DNA of 64,000 nt from an uncultured bacterium (GTDB lineage: Bacteria > Calescibacteriota > Calescibacteriia > Calescibacteriales > Calescibacteriaceae). Positions 44,103-54,370 of the stretch are shown here, piece after piece (the first letter of the stretch is position 1; each line of letters starts with the position of its first letter). The stretch spans positions 52,722 to 116,721 of the forward strand of contig CALHPK010000003.1 in assembly GCA_938036315.1 (NCBI GenBank). The letters are read 5' to 3'. Under the pieces are notes generated by a model. The model was not told the origin of the DNA. It worked only from the letters and a program-made list of their open reading frames with translations, and made no database searches. The translations under genes were made by a program, and so were the position numbers.

Positions 44103-45668
44103 ATGGGTAATACCGCTGAAACTAAAAATGGCAGAATACTCGCTTGTGACGGCATAGACAAAACAGGAATAGAAATCCTCAGAGAACATTTTGATGTAGA
44201 TGAGAAAAATAAATTGTCTGAAAGTGAACTTATCCAAATGCTATCATCTGGAGAATATGTGGCTCTCCTGGTAAGATCCGCAACAAAGGTAAACAGAAAC
44301 GTGATAGAAAAAAGTGTAGGGCTCAAAGCTATAGGAAGAGCAGGTATAGGAGTCGATAATATTGACGTGAAATCAGCAACTGAAAGGGGAATAGTCGTGA
44401 TGAACACCTTAGGAGCTGCTAATACCACAGCTGAACACACAGTAGCCCTAATCTTCTCAGTCGCAAGAAGAATAGCCCAATCCCACCTGTCGGTGAAACA
44501 GGGAAAATGGGAAAAAAGTAAATTTATTGGCAAAGAGCTCGCGGGGAAAACCATAGGAATAATAGGTCTTGGAAATATAGGCAAAAAGGTGGCAGAAATA
44601 ACAAAATCAATAGGAATGAATGTAATATTCTTTGATCCCTATGTAGAAGACCAGAGATTCAAAAGAGTATCATTTGAAGAGCTATTGCAAAACTCTGACA
44701 TAATAACAATTCATGTCCCCCTCAACGAAAAAACCAAAAACATGATAGGGGATGAAGAATTCAAAAAAATGAAAGATGGGGTAATAATTATAAATTGCGC
44801 AAGAGGTGGGATAATAGACGAAAATGCACTTGCAAAGTACATCGAACAAGGTAAAGTCTGGGGAGCTGGAATAGATACTTTCGCAGAAGAACCACCACCA
44901 CAATCAAACCCACTTCTTCAACTTGAGAATGTAACCCTAACTCCCCACATTGGTGCTTCAACAGTTGAGGGGCAAAAAAACGCGTCAATCGAGATAGCAA
45001 AAAAAATTCTAAAATTCCTAAAGTACGGAGTGATAGAAGATGCTGTAAACTTTGTCCCAGTCCCAGAAGATAAAAAAGCTGTGTTAGACCTTGCGGATAA
45101 GCTGGGATCCTTTCTAGTACAGGCATATCAGTATCCTATCAGGCAAGTAAAAATTGCCGCTTCTATGGAAAACATACCGTACGCTAAATACGGCGGATTA
45201 TTTGGAATATCAAAATTCATAGTCGGCGAAGATTTTGTCTCACCGCTTAATGCGGAAAGCACCCTGAAATCAAGGGGAGTAGACATAAGTGAAAAAGTTC
45301 TCGGAAGTGATGAGCTCCCTAACAAAATTTCTGTTGAAATCAAAACTTCAGACGGGATATTCTCAATAAGCGGAATGGTTATAGGGAAAACATCAAGAAT
45401 AATAGAAATAAATGGACTCCCCCTTGAAGCCCCAACAGAAGGGAACTTTATCTTCTCCCAAAATGAAGATAAACCTGGAGTAGTCGGGAAAATAGGGACA
45501 TTTCTGGGAGAAAATGGAATAAACATAGCTTCCATACACCTTGGAAGAGACAAACCAGGTGGAAAAGCAATCTCTCTGATAAATGTAGATGAAATACCGC
45601 CTCAAAGGGTATTGGAAGGGTTAAGAAAAATCCCCCATGTTTTGAGAGTCGTCTTTGTGAAACTGTAA
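44103..45668 (+). CDS. serA: D-3-phosphoglycerate dehydrogenase (long form with ACT domain)
   Basis: 521 aa. GRAGIGVDNID, GLGNIGKKVA, CARGGIIDE, C-terminal ACT-like region. Confidence 0.9.
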   Translation: MGNTAETKNGRILACDGIDKTGIEILREHFDVDEKNKLSESELIQMLSSGEYVALLVRSATKVNRNVIEKSVGLKAIGRAGIGVDNIDVKSATERGIVVMNTLGAANTTAEHTVALIFSVARRIAQSHLSVKQGKWEKSKFIGKELAGKTIGIIGLGNIGKKVAEITKSIGMNVIFFDPYVEDQRFKRVSFEELLQNSDIITIHVPLNEKTKNMIGDEEFKKMKDGVIIINCARGGIIDENALAKYIEQGKVWGAGIDTFAEEPPPQSNPLLQLENVTLTPHIGASTVEGQKNASIEIAKKILKFLKYGVIEDAVNFVPVPEDKKAVLDLADKLGSFLVQAYQYPIRQVKIAASMENIPYAKYGGLFGISKFIVGEDFVSPLNAESTLKSRGVDISEKVLGSDELPNKISVEIKTSDGIFSISGMVIGKTSRIIEINGLPLEAPTEGNFIFSQNEDKPGVVGKIGTFLGENGINIASIHLGRDKPGGKAISLINVDEIPPQRVLEGLRKIPHVLRVVFVKL

Positions 45669-45709
45669 AGCGTGAGAGTAAAATTGTAGCCAAATATTCG
45701 AAAGCTGAA

Positions 45710-46360
45710 ATGAATGAAGAAAGTAAACTGAAAATAGCACTTTCAAAGGGAAAAATCCTTGAAGAAGAACTCCAACTTCTCCTCAAATGCAAAATAAACG
45801 TTAAATTCTCCGAAAGAGAACTTAAGTCAGATTACGGAAATCTTTCATTCTGGCTCTTGAAACCGCAAGACGTGCCGATATGGGTTGAAAGTGGCGTAGT
45901 TGATCTTGGAATAGTCGGACTAGATATTCTAAGAGAAAACGCCTACGATGTGTTAGAACTTATGGATCTGGGGATTGGGAAGTGCAGACTATCTTTAGCC
46001 TGCAAAAAAGAATTGAAAGATAAAATAGAAAAATTGAAGGAACAGAAAGTTATAATAGCTACTAAATTCCCCAATCTGACCAGCAGATTTGTCAAAGACA
46101 TTTTTCCAGAATTTGAAATAATTCATCTTCATGGATCCGTTGAACTTGCACCAATAGCTGGATTATCATTTATCATCTCAGATCTTGTTTCAACTGGTAA
46201 GACCCTCAAAGAAAACGGACTTGTGGAATTTAAGGTCTTAGAAAAGTTCTCGGCTTATCTGATATGTAACAGGAATTCATTCATAACAAAGTATACCAGT
46301 ATAGAAAACCTAATTTTGACTTTTTCAAAAGCAATTGGTATATCAATAAACTTTCTCTGA
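45710..46360 (+). CDS. hisG: ATP phosphoribosyltransferase (short form)
   Basis: 216 aa. KIALSKGKILEE, LKPQDVPIWVESGVVDLGIVGLD, DLVSTGKTLKENGL. Confidence 0.9.
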   Translation: MNEESKLKIALSKGKILEEELQLLLKCKINVKFSERELKSDYGNLSFWLLKPQDVPIWVESGVVDLGIVGLDILRENAYDVLELMDLGIGKCRLSLACKKELKDKIEKLKEQKVIIATKFPNLTSRFVKDIFPEFEIIHLHGSVELAPIAGLSFIISDLVSTGKTLKENGLVEFKVLEKFSAYLICNRNSFITKYTSIENLILTFSKAIGISINFL

Positions 46361-47061
46361 TGCGGTGCATATTCTTAGACAGAGATGGGACAATAAACGT
46401 TGACAGGGGCTACTCAAATAAAATTGAAGACCTTGAAATATTAGGTTATCCTGAAATTATACATAAGCTGTACGATGTCAAAAAACTCGGCTTTTACATT
46501 ATAGTAATAACAAATCAAGCAGGGGCAGAACTTGGATACTTCAGCGAAGAAGATATAATAAAATTCAATGAAGAACTTAACAGAAATCTAAACTATCTTA
46601 TAGATAAAATATATTACTGCCCACACTACTCAGGTTGCGAATGTAGAAAACCAAATACAGGGCTCATAAAGAAGGCTCAAGAAGATTTTGACATAGATCT
46701 TGAACTCTCCTGGGTTATAGGAGATAAAGCAGCAGACATAAATTTGGGGAAAAAAATAGGAGCTAAAACCATCTTGGTTCTAACAGGCCACGGGCTAAAA
46801 GAAGCTGCATCAGCGGACCCAGATTTTGTAGCCAAAGATATAAACCAAGCATTAAGCTTGATATACCAGATAGCTCGCAAAGAAATCTACCCTATACAGG
46901 GATATGCAGAGAATAGAAAACTACTCGGACTGACAGATAGCAAAATTTCCAGAAGCTTCTCCCGGCAGTACAATCAAATATGGATTATGGGTAAAAAGGA
47001 AGATTTCAAAATTACTACAGAACTACCGGTTGACTTCATAGCAAAAGCCCAAAACTTATAA
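46360..47061 (+). CDS. HAD-IIIA phosphatase of the HisB-N/GmhB family (histidinol-phosphatase or heptose bisphosphate phosphatase)
   Basis: IFLDRDGTIN, YCPHYSGCECRKPNTGL (Zn-loop), VIGDKAADI. Its start ATG shares a base with the hisG TGA. About 60-aa C-terminal extension. Confidence 0.8.
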   Translation: MRCIFLDRDGTINVDRGYSNKIEDLEILGYPEIIHKLYDVKKLGFYIIVITNQAGAELGYFSEEDIIKFNEELNRNLNYLIDKIYYCPHYSGCECRKPNTGLIKKAQEDFDIDLELSWVIGDKAADINLGKKIGAKTILVLTGHGLKEAASADPDFVAKDINQALSLIYQIARKEIYPIQGYAENRKLLGLTDSKISRSFSRQYNQIWIMGKKEDFKITTELPVDFIAKAQNL

Positions 47062-47090
47062 AATAGGACAAACAGAAAAACTTCACCTTC

Positions 47091-49151
47091 TCAATCAGGA
47101 TCGCAAATTCCATTAGAACAAGTTTGATATATTCTACCTTCTTCGTAAAATCTCTTTTGCATCTCAAGAATTTGCGGAACAAGCCGAGGTACCTCATGTG
47201 GAGCTGTGTAAGCACCTTCATCCTTCAGCAATGGCCACCCCTTTCTAACAACTAAAGATAAGGGATCTGGCTCTCCAAGAAACTGCAAAGATACATTCAT
47301 ATACTGGTACTTTGGAACAGTGGGAATCTTCGGATCAACTTGAAGATAACCTGACTCCATTTTCTCAACATCGGGATCAATTTCAGGAATTCCTACTTCA
47401 GATTGCACAAGCTTCTTGATCCCAGCAATTCCGGCAGTTCTCACATATGCACGAGTTGCAAAGTTCGCCACCTGCTCATCATATAAAGCTTCCCTATACA
47501 GAATCTGCTTAGGAGATATCTCGTATATATTGCTACCTCTGATAATATACGGAGCTAATGTTATCGGATCGACAATATCAAAAACAGATTGCCCAACTGC
47601 AATAACCTTTTTTATCTCAATCTCCCATTCATCACCTTGGGGAAGCAAAAACCCCCGAAGGAAATCCCAACTTCTGTTTCTCTCAAGCAAAGATGTCCAA
47701 ATTCCAGCGCCAACATCAAGTACACCCCTTTTTATCTCATCTGTCAAAGCCATAAATATTCCACCCTGAATCGCTCCATTAGATATTCCGTAGTAAACTA
47801 CATCTTCTGTATCGACCTGCGGAAGTTCACTTATGTATTGTCTTATCAAATCCCAAAAATTATTCTGTTTCACAAGTAATGCAAGGGTGAGGAAATTTGC
47901 GTGTCCTTGCTTCAAGTTAAAAGCCAAATATTGAATAATACCCAGGGGATAATCACTCTTTGAAGATGCCTTTCCAAAAACCTCCCCCCGAGCAATCTCA
48001 TCTATACCAACCCAGTTTGTTGCTATTATTGGTCTGCATAGATAATCAGCTAAATACAAAAGATGATGTGAATCAAGCTCTTTGTAACTTCCAAACAAAC
48101 CATGCCCGAAAATCAGAATACCAACCTTTTTGTTTTCATTCTTTTTTGATTCAACACACTTTGGTATGTTAAGGAAAAATTCATACGGTTTCTCTTCCGA
48201 AGTTCTGTAATCTCTCACATAAAAGGTACCTTCTACAGAGTATTTGATGAAATTTCGATACTCGTCCAGAAGATAAGATTTATCTTTATAAGGATATGGT
48301 TCGCTTACTTTCTTTATTTCGAATTTTACAAGTCCTTTGTATTGATATACCATCTTTTTTATCTGTATAAGGTGTTCTTTTAAAATCTTATCCTCTGATG
48401 CGGTTGGGAAATCCCACGCTACAACTACTTCGCTTTTGCGTATTCCTTGCTTCTCAAGAAAATCCAATATTTCTAAAAGGTGTTTTTTCCATAGCATCGG
48501 GGATTCTGAAGTTCCCTGGAATTTCACATCTTTCCCATCAAGGATAGCTTTGAAAAGCAGCGGAGAGTCCAAATCGGATTCATCAGCGGTCCTGACTCCC
48601 TTTTTAATAACTACAACATACCTTGATGAAGTTTTCATCCTCTTTACGGGCCTGATATAGAGAATTTGGAATGGTGGGTTCGCTCTAGCGTCTGGCTCGA
48701 CAAAAATAGGAACTCTCTCCCCACTTTCCCATTCAATAAGCTGAACAGGAGAATCAACTTTTACTGAGTCCGAGATTGAGGGAAGCCCCTTTCTGGAAAA
48801 CCCCTTTGGATTCCAGAACATAATCTGGTTCGCAGGAGAAAATCCGTCAAATGAATTGACAAAATCGAGATTAACTTCTGGATAATCCGGTGATTTTTTG
48901 AAAAGTTCTCGGGAGATCTTCAACTTTTTCTCACTCTGTGAATAAAACTGAGTAAACGGATACGGGAAAAAACATTCATCTTTAACAGCATCTGGCTCAG
49001 ATTCAAAACGAGAAAGCAAATTACAATCCTCATGTGGATATCGTATAATTACTTCTTTTTCTGTTTTCCCACATGCTACAAGAATAAGTACAAGCGCAAT
49101 CCTCTCAATAAGATTCAAAACTCTAATTCCATTTAATTTCCAATTTTCCAT
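47091..49151 (-). CDS. Large lipoprotein, possible alpha/beta-hydrolase
   Basis: 686 aa. Lipobox LILVACGK. ILIFGHGLFG (oxyanion-type) and a GISNG (GxSxG-like) block in the C-terminal half. Family not recognised. Confidence 0.45.
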   Translation of the reverse strand: MENWKLNGIRVLNLIERIALVLILVACGKTEKEVIIRYPHEDCNLLSRFESEPDAVKDECFFPYPFTQFYSQSEKKLKISRELFKKSPDYPEVNLDFVNSFDGFSPANQIMFWNPKGFSRKGLPSISDSVKVDSPVQLIEWESGERVPIFVEPDARANPPFQILYIRPVKRMKTSSRYVVVIKKGVRTADESDLDSPLLFKAILDGKDVKFQGTSESPMLWKKHLLEILDFLEKQGIRKSEVVVAWDFPTASEDKILKEHLIQIKKMVYQYKGLVKFEIKKVSEPYPYKDKSYLLDEYRNFIKYSVEGTFYVRDYRTSEEKPYEFFLNIPKCVESKKNENKKVGILIFGHGLFGSYKELDSHHLLYLADYLCRPIIATNWVGIDEIARGEVFGKASSKSDYPLGIIQYLAFNLKQGHANFLTLALLVKQNNFWDLIRQYISELPQVDTEDVVYYGISNGAIQGGIFMALTDEIKRGVLDVGAGIWTSLLERNRSWDFLRGFLLPQGDEWEIEIKKVIAVGQSVFDIVDPITLAPYIIRGSNIYEISPKQILYREALYDEQVANFATRAYVRTAGIAGIKKLVQSEVGIPEIDPDVEKMESGYLQVDPKIPTVPKYQYMNVSLQFLGEPDPLSLVVRKGWPLLKDEGAYTAPHEVPRLVPQILEMQKRFYEEGRIYQTCSNGICDPD

Positions 49152-49320
49152 AGCTAATATTTTTACTGATATTTACATTCGCACCAAATAATCCAATTTT
49201 CTCTATATTCATCATGTTTATCATACATATTTATCATCTATTATAGAGCAAAATTTTCTATAATATTTTTTTGAGATTGAATCTTCTCCAAGATCTATTT
49301 TATAATTTTTACATTACATT

Positions 49321-51990
49321 ATGGATAAGGAAGCATCAATAGAACAACGTAAGATAGAGGGTCAATATAATCACAGGCTCATTGAGGAGGTAGAGGCAAA
49401 AAAATTCGCTGAGTGCTTCCGAGCAGATGAAAAATCAGAAAAAAGAAAGTTCTGCATTGCAATACCGCCCCCTAATATAACGGGATCACTCCATATAGGA
49501 CATGCTTTGAACATGACAATACAAGATATAATAGCAAGATACAAAAGAATGAGAGGATTTGAGGTATTATGGGTTCCGGGGACTGACCATGCTGGAATTG
49601 CAACTCAAGTTGTGGTATCACGAGAACTTGAAAAAGAGGGAATAAAAAGAGAACAACTTTCAAAGGAAGAATTTCTAAAATTTGTCGATCGCTGGCGTGA
49701 GAAAAGTCAAAACACAATAAGGAAGCAAATGGAAAAACTTATGCTATCTGTTGATTGGTCAGCAGCAAGATTCACTCTCGATGACGGATACAGAAAAACA
49801 GTTGCAAAAGCCTTCTGCGAACTCTACAGGAACGGACTAATATATAAAGGGAACTATGTTGTTAACTGGTGTGTTTCCTGCAAAACCGCTCTGTCGGATC
49901 TGGAAGTCGAGTTTTCTGAGGAGCTAGGCAAGCTTTACTACATACTGTATCCGTTATCTCCAGACCTATCAAACCCTGAAGGAATAACAGTAGCTACGAC
50001 ACGTCCAGAAACCCTTCTTGGAGATACTGCAGTAGCAGTCCATCCAGATGACCCAAGATACAAAGAATTCACCTATGTATATGTTCCTCTGGCCTGGAGA
50101 AAAGTTCCAGTTATACGTGATATAAAGATAGATATGAACTTTGGCACAGGTGCAGTCAAAATCACCCCATTCCATGATTTTGCTGACTTTGAAATAGGCA
50201 GAGAGCATAAACTGGATGGGATACAAATAATGGATAAAGATGGTAAGATAACATATGGAGAATACTCCGAATTTGATAGATTCTCTGCAAGAGAAAAGAT
50301 CATCAGAGATCTTGAAAATCTAAATCTCCTCAAAAAAGTTGAGGATTACAAAATAAGAATAGGAAGATGCTATAGATGTAAAACTATTGTTGAACCATTA
50401 GTTTCAACCCAGTGGTTTGTGAAAATAAAGGAATTAGCTGGTCCAGCTGTAGAAGCTGTAAAAAGCAGTAAGGTTCTATTTCTCTCCGAAAGATGGAAAA
50501 ATTTATATATTTCGTGGATGGAGAACATAAGGGATTGGTGCATATCCCGGCAGATATGGTGGGGACATCAAATCCCAGTTGCAACTTGTCTGGGATGCGG
50601 AAAAGAGTTTATAACTTGGGATGGTGAAATAGAAACAAGAAAATGCCCGTATTGTGGTTCTCAGGAATACAGAGAGGAAACAGATGTTCTTGACACGTGG
50701 TTTTCATCAGCTCTGTGGCCATTTGCTATTCTTGGGTGGCCAGAAAAAACAGAAAAACTCAAAGCATTTTATCCAACCGACATCTTGGTAACAGGCTTTG
50801 ACATCATATTCTTCTGGGTTGCACGAATGATAATGATGGGACTGTACTTTATGAATGAAGTCCCCTTCAGAAAAGTTTTTGTACACGGTCTTATAAGGGA
50901 TGAGAGAGGACAAAAAATGTCAAAAACAAAAGGTAATGTTCTTGATCCTCTTGAACTTATTGAAAAATATGGTGCAGATACTGTCAGATTTACTCTTTCG
51001 ATGCTAACTTCTCAGATAAAAGATATAAGGCTTTCGGAGAAGACCTTTGAAAGTTTCTACCACTTTATGAATAAAATCTGGAACGCTTCAAAGTTCGTTA
51101 TATCACATGTATCATGCTACAGAGAAAACTTTCAACCCAAAACCATACCTCAACAATGGATAATAGTGAAAATGCACAATTGCATAAATAAGGTAATCGA
51201 CTTTTTAGAAGAAGAGAAACTCAGTCAAGCAGCTACAGTAATATACGAATTCTTCTGGAACGATTTTTGTGACTGGTATATCGAAATCTCCAAAACAGAG
51301 CTAAAAGATGAAACATTATCCTTATCTGCACAATACACCCTTGGAATGGTTCTGGTAAATTTACTTAAGGTATTACATATATTCTGCCCAGGTATAACCG
51401 ACTACATATGGGATCTAATAAGAGAAAGGTGGGGACTCTCACCAGAGATAATATCATTTGCCAAATTTCCAGAGAAAGAAGAGCTAAAAGATGAGGAGAT
51501 TGAAATTTTGACTCTTGGAGAAAAGCTGATATCTATAGTGAAAGAAATAAGAGCTCTGAAAAGTGAACTTGGATTCAGGAACTCTGATATTGTTAAAGCT
51601 GAGGTAAGATGCTTTGATGATTATCGATTCCTTTCAGCTATCAGAGACAATATAAGGTGGATGGAAAAACTCGCTGGCGCACATATACACCCTGAGCTTG
51701 GAGAAGAAATCTCACCAGAATTTATTCCTTCTTCGACAAAAGGGATAGCAGTTGGCATATCAAAGGAAGGAGCAAAGATAAAAGAAACAACAGAAAAAAT
51801 CGCAAAGGAACTATCTAAAGCTGAAAAAGAGTTTGAGAGGGTAACCAAGAGATTATCGGATTACAGATTTCTTGAGGAAGCAGATGAGGAGACGATAGAT
51901 GATCATAAAAGGAGAATAGAAGAGCTTTCGCTAAGGATAGAGTATCTGAAAAAGAGATTGGAAGTGCTTAGAAAGATTGGGGGGTTGTAG
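49321..51990 (+). CDS. valS: Valyl-tRNA synthetase
   Basis: 889 aa. HIGH-type PPPNITGSLHIGHAL, KMSKTKGN, C-terminal coiled coil. Confidence 0.97.
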   Translation: MDKEASIEQRKIEGQYNHRLIEEVEAKKFAECFRADEKSEKRKFCIAIPPPNITGSLHIGHALNMTIQDIIARYKRMRGFEVLWVPGTDHAGIATQVVVSRELEKEGIKREQLSKEEFLKFVDRWREKSQNTIRKQMEKLMLSVDWSAARFTLDDGYRKTVAKAFCELYRNGLIYKGNYVVNWCVSCKTALSDLEVEFSEELGKLYYILYPLSPDLSNPEGITVATTRPETLLGDTAVAVHPDDPRYKEFTYVYVPLAWRKVPVIRDIKIDMNFGTGAVKITPFHDFADFEIGREHKLDGIQIMDKDGKITYGEYSEFDRFSAREKIIRDLENLNLLKKVEDYKIRIGRCYRCKTIVEPLVSTQWFVKIKELAGPAVEAVKSSKVLFLSERWKNLYISWMENIRDWCISRQIWWGHQIPVATCLGCGKEFITWDGEIETRKCPYCGSQEYREETDVLDTWFSSALWPFAILGWPEKTEKLKAFYPTDILVTGFDIIFFWVARMIMMGLYFMNEVPFRKVFVHGLIRDERGQKMSKTKGNVLDPLELIEKYGADTVRFTLSMLTSQIKDIRLSEKTFESFYHFMNKIWNASKFVISHVSCYRENFQPKTIPQQWIIVKMHNCINKVIDFLEEEKLSQAATVIYEFFWNDFCDWYIEISKTELKDETLSLSAQYTLGMVLVNLLKVLHIFCPGITDYIWDLIRERWGLSPEIISFAKFPEKEELKDEEIEILTLGEKLISIVKEIRALKSELGFRNSDIVKAEVRCFDDYRFLSAIRDNIRWMEKLAGAHIHPELGEEISPEFIPSSTKGIAVGISKEGAKIKETTEKIAKELSKAEKEFERVTKRLSDYRFLEEADEETIDDHKRRIEELSLRIEYLKKRLEVLRKIGGL

Positions 51991-52363
51991 GATAAGCCGG
52001 CTTCTGTGTTTAAGGGAGCATTACTCTAAGCGACCAACCCGGGGGCCAGAAGGCTTTTGAAACCTTCCCGCTGACAGTCTGCACCCCCTACTTGGTCTTG
52101 CTCGGGGCAGGGTTTACCACCTATGGAGTCTCCTCCATAGGGGGAAGGTCTTACCCGTTCCCTTTTCACCCTTACCATGTGCGTGAAAACACACATGGCG
52201 GTCTCTTTTCTGTGGCACTCTCCGAGGCTCTCACCCCCCGGCTCCTCCCTCAATAACTTCAGGATTAACCGGTGCCCCACTGCCACAGGAGGCCGGACTT
52301 TCCTCACAGACGGGGTTGACATAACTACTTCCCCCCCTCTGCGCGCTCCCTTCCTACAACCCC
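51981..52363 (-). ncRNA. rnpB: RNase P RNA, bacterial type A
   Basis: Minus strand contains GAGGAAAGUCCGG, GCCACAGAAA, GGUAAGGGUGAAAAGGGAACGGGUAAGACC, GGUAAACCC, GAGCAAGACCAAGUAGGGG and ACAGAAGCCGGCUUAUC in the canonical order. A 12-bp P1 helix forms between GGGGUUGUAGGA (5' end) and UCCUACAACCCC (3' end). Ends are approximate. Confidence 0.93.
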
Positions 52364-52430
52364 ACCTCCTTAAATTTAATAACAACTTAGTAACATAAAT
52401 AAAAATACCTCTAAATTTCAGATAATCAAT

Positions 52431-54323
52431 ATGTCCCCCTTCCAAAAAAGCACAATCTACATACTTATATCACTGATATGCTTCCAAGTTTCAAGAATTC
52501 TCCTTTTCATCCTTTATTTCAAAGGAAAAAATGCAGATCTTTCAGCTTTCTTAAATGGAATAAGATTCGATCTTTCTGTTATATCCGCACTCTGGATAGC
52601 TCCACTTTTGATTATAAACTTCCCAGTGGGAAACCCACAGGGAAAATATCTCAAAATATATAAATCAATCTTTTGGATATGCTCACTACTTATGTATCTA
52701 TCCCTGATACTAATGCTTATACTCCTTGCGGCCGATCTGATATTCTTCGGATATTCCGCAAAACATATCTCAGTTGAAATTCTCTCAATATGGAACGACA
52801 TAGGTTTTATACTCAACCTCACCGTAACACAGTATATCACCCATCTTATCTTGTTTATAATCATATGCACATTACTTTCTGTGTTATGGATCAGAATCGC
52901 AAAGGCTGATCTTAGATTCCCCAAACTTCCATCGCAGATCATAACCTTCTCAATTCTTGCAACAGCCCTAATCTTTGGAATAAGAGGAACTCTCTCAAGC
53001 AAACCAATACATATAATTGATGCTTTCACAAAAGGCCAAGATTATGGGAATCTATCTCTAAACGGAGCTTTCACAATCTACAGAACTATATACTCAGCTC
53101 GTTCGAGAAAGAATATAAATCTGAAAGCGGATTTCTTTCCAGAGGAAAAAGCAAAAGAGATCTTAGGAATAAAAAACAATAGCAATCCTTTTGAAAAAAC
53201 AAATCTATGCAGTAGAAAACAAGAAAAATTCAACCTTATCCTCTTTATACTTGAAAGCTGGACTCCAGAATTTATAGACAGCTTATCTGGAAACTCATAC
53301 GGGGTCACTCTGAACTTTGATAAAATTGCAAATAAAGGAGTTGTCTTTGAAAAATTCTACTCAGCTGGGACCAGAAGTATATTCGGAATTCAAGCAATAA
53401 CCACTGGGATTCCAGTTCTACCACTTTTACCCCCTATCGGCTTTGGTCTTGAAGGACTGAAATTTAAAGGTATAGGAGAAATTCTCAGAGAACACGGATA
53501 CAAAACAATCTTTATCCAGAGCTCAAAAAGGAGATCATACAGAATAGATTCGCTAGCAATGGCAAGCGGATTTGAATACTTCTGGGGAATGGAAGATATT
53601 AGAAGGGAGGTCGGATTAATCCTCAACTATCCAGAACCGGATGCCCCATTTTTTGGCTGGGACTATGAAACTTTGCTATTTCTTAGGAAAAAAATAAATG
53701 AGTTGGGAGAACCATTTGCTTCATTTGTATTCACCGGAACCACCCACCCTGACTTTCCACCCCTTCCCTCCCAATTTGTAAAGTATCCACACCATCCGAA
53801 GGAGAAGGAAGGGTATCTCAATACTATATTTTACTCTGATTGGAGTATAGGAGAATTTATGAAATATGCAGAAGGTTCAGATTGGTTTCCCAGAACTTTT
53901 TTCATTTTCACATCAGATCATCCTATATATACAGCAGAAAAGGATTTTGAAGCTAAATTCAGAATTCCATTTGTAATATACGCACCAGAAATTTTTCCCC
54001 CAAAGAGAATAAAAAATATAGTTGGTTCACACTACGACATCATACCTTTCATACTTGATATCCTCTGCATTAGCACAAAGTACTCATCAATAGGTAAATC
54101 TTTATTCGAGAAGTCAGCAGAAGATTTCGTTTTAGTGACAGATGGCGAGATTGCAGGAGCAATTTCTCAATATGGATATATAATACATAACACAGAAAAA
54201 AGGTTAACTGTTCGTAAATTTTCAGAAACTGAAGATGAATATTGGGACACACTCGAGAAGAAACTTTTAGCATTAATTCAATTGAGCCTTTCATCGATCT
54301 TAAAAAATAGATGGCATAAATAA
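52431..54323 (+). CDS. Sulfatase-superfamily membrane protein (LtaS/MdoB phosphoglycerol-transferase-like)
   Basis: 630 aa. About 5 N-terminal TM segments, then an extracytoplasmic domain with FILESWTPEF and FIFTSDHP motifs. Confidence 0.75.
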   Translation: MSPFQKSTIYILISLICFQVSRILLFILYFKGKNADLSAFLNGIRFDLSVISALWIAPLLIINFPVGNPQGKYLKIYKSIFWICSLLMYLSLILMLILLAADLIFFGYSAKHISVEILSIWNDIGFILNLTVTQYITHLILFIIICTLLSVLWIRIAKADLRFPKLPSQIITFSILATALIFGIRGTLSSKPIHIIDAFTKGQDYGNLSLNGAFTIYRTIYSARSRKNINLKADFFPEEKAKEILGIKNNSNPFEKTNLCSRKQEKFNLILFILESWTPEFIDSLSGNSYGVTLNFDKIANKGVVFEKFYSAGTRSIFGIQAITTGIPVLPLLPPIGFGLEGLKFKGIGEILREHGYKTIFIQSSKRRSYRIDSLAMASGFEYFWGMEDIRREVGLILNYPEPDAPFFGWDYETLLFLRKKINELGEPFASFVFTGTTHPDFPPLPSQFVKYPHHPKEKEGYLNTIFYSDWSIGEFMKYAEGSDWFPRTFFIFTSDHPIYTAEKDFEAKFRIPFVIYAPEIFPPKRIKNIVGSHYDIIPFILDILCISTKYSSIGKSLFEKSAEDFVLVTDGEIAGAISQYGYIIHNTEKRLTVRKFSETEDEYWDTLEKKLLALIQLSLSSILKNRWHK

Positions 54324-54370
54324 CAAATTAAAATTCCTTAGAAAATACAGTTTTACTATCATTTTTTCTT

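Noticed and set aside
49274-49284. Palindrome AGATTGAATCT upstream of valS, resembling the fliG-upstream AGATTTTAATCT dyad
   Set aside because: It is a single copy with different spacing (5-1-5 versus 5-2-5) in very AT-rich DNA, in front of an unrelated housekeeping gene. This is likely coincidence.
52026-52445. 139-aa ORF (and the 73-aa ORF at 52177-52398) in the GC-rich block
   Set aside because: The block is explained by the RNase P RNA gene. Stop codons are rare simply because the region is GC-rich, and the Arg/Gly/Pro-rich translation is atypical for this genome.
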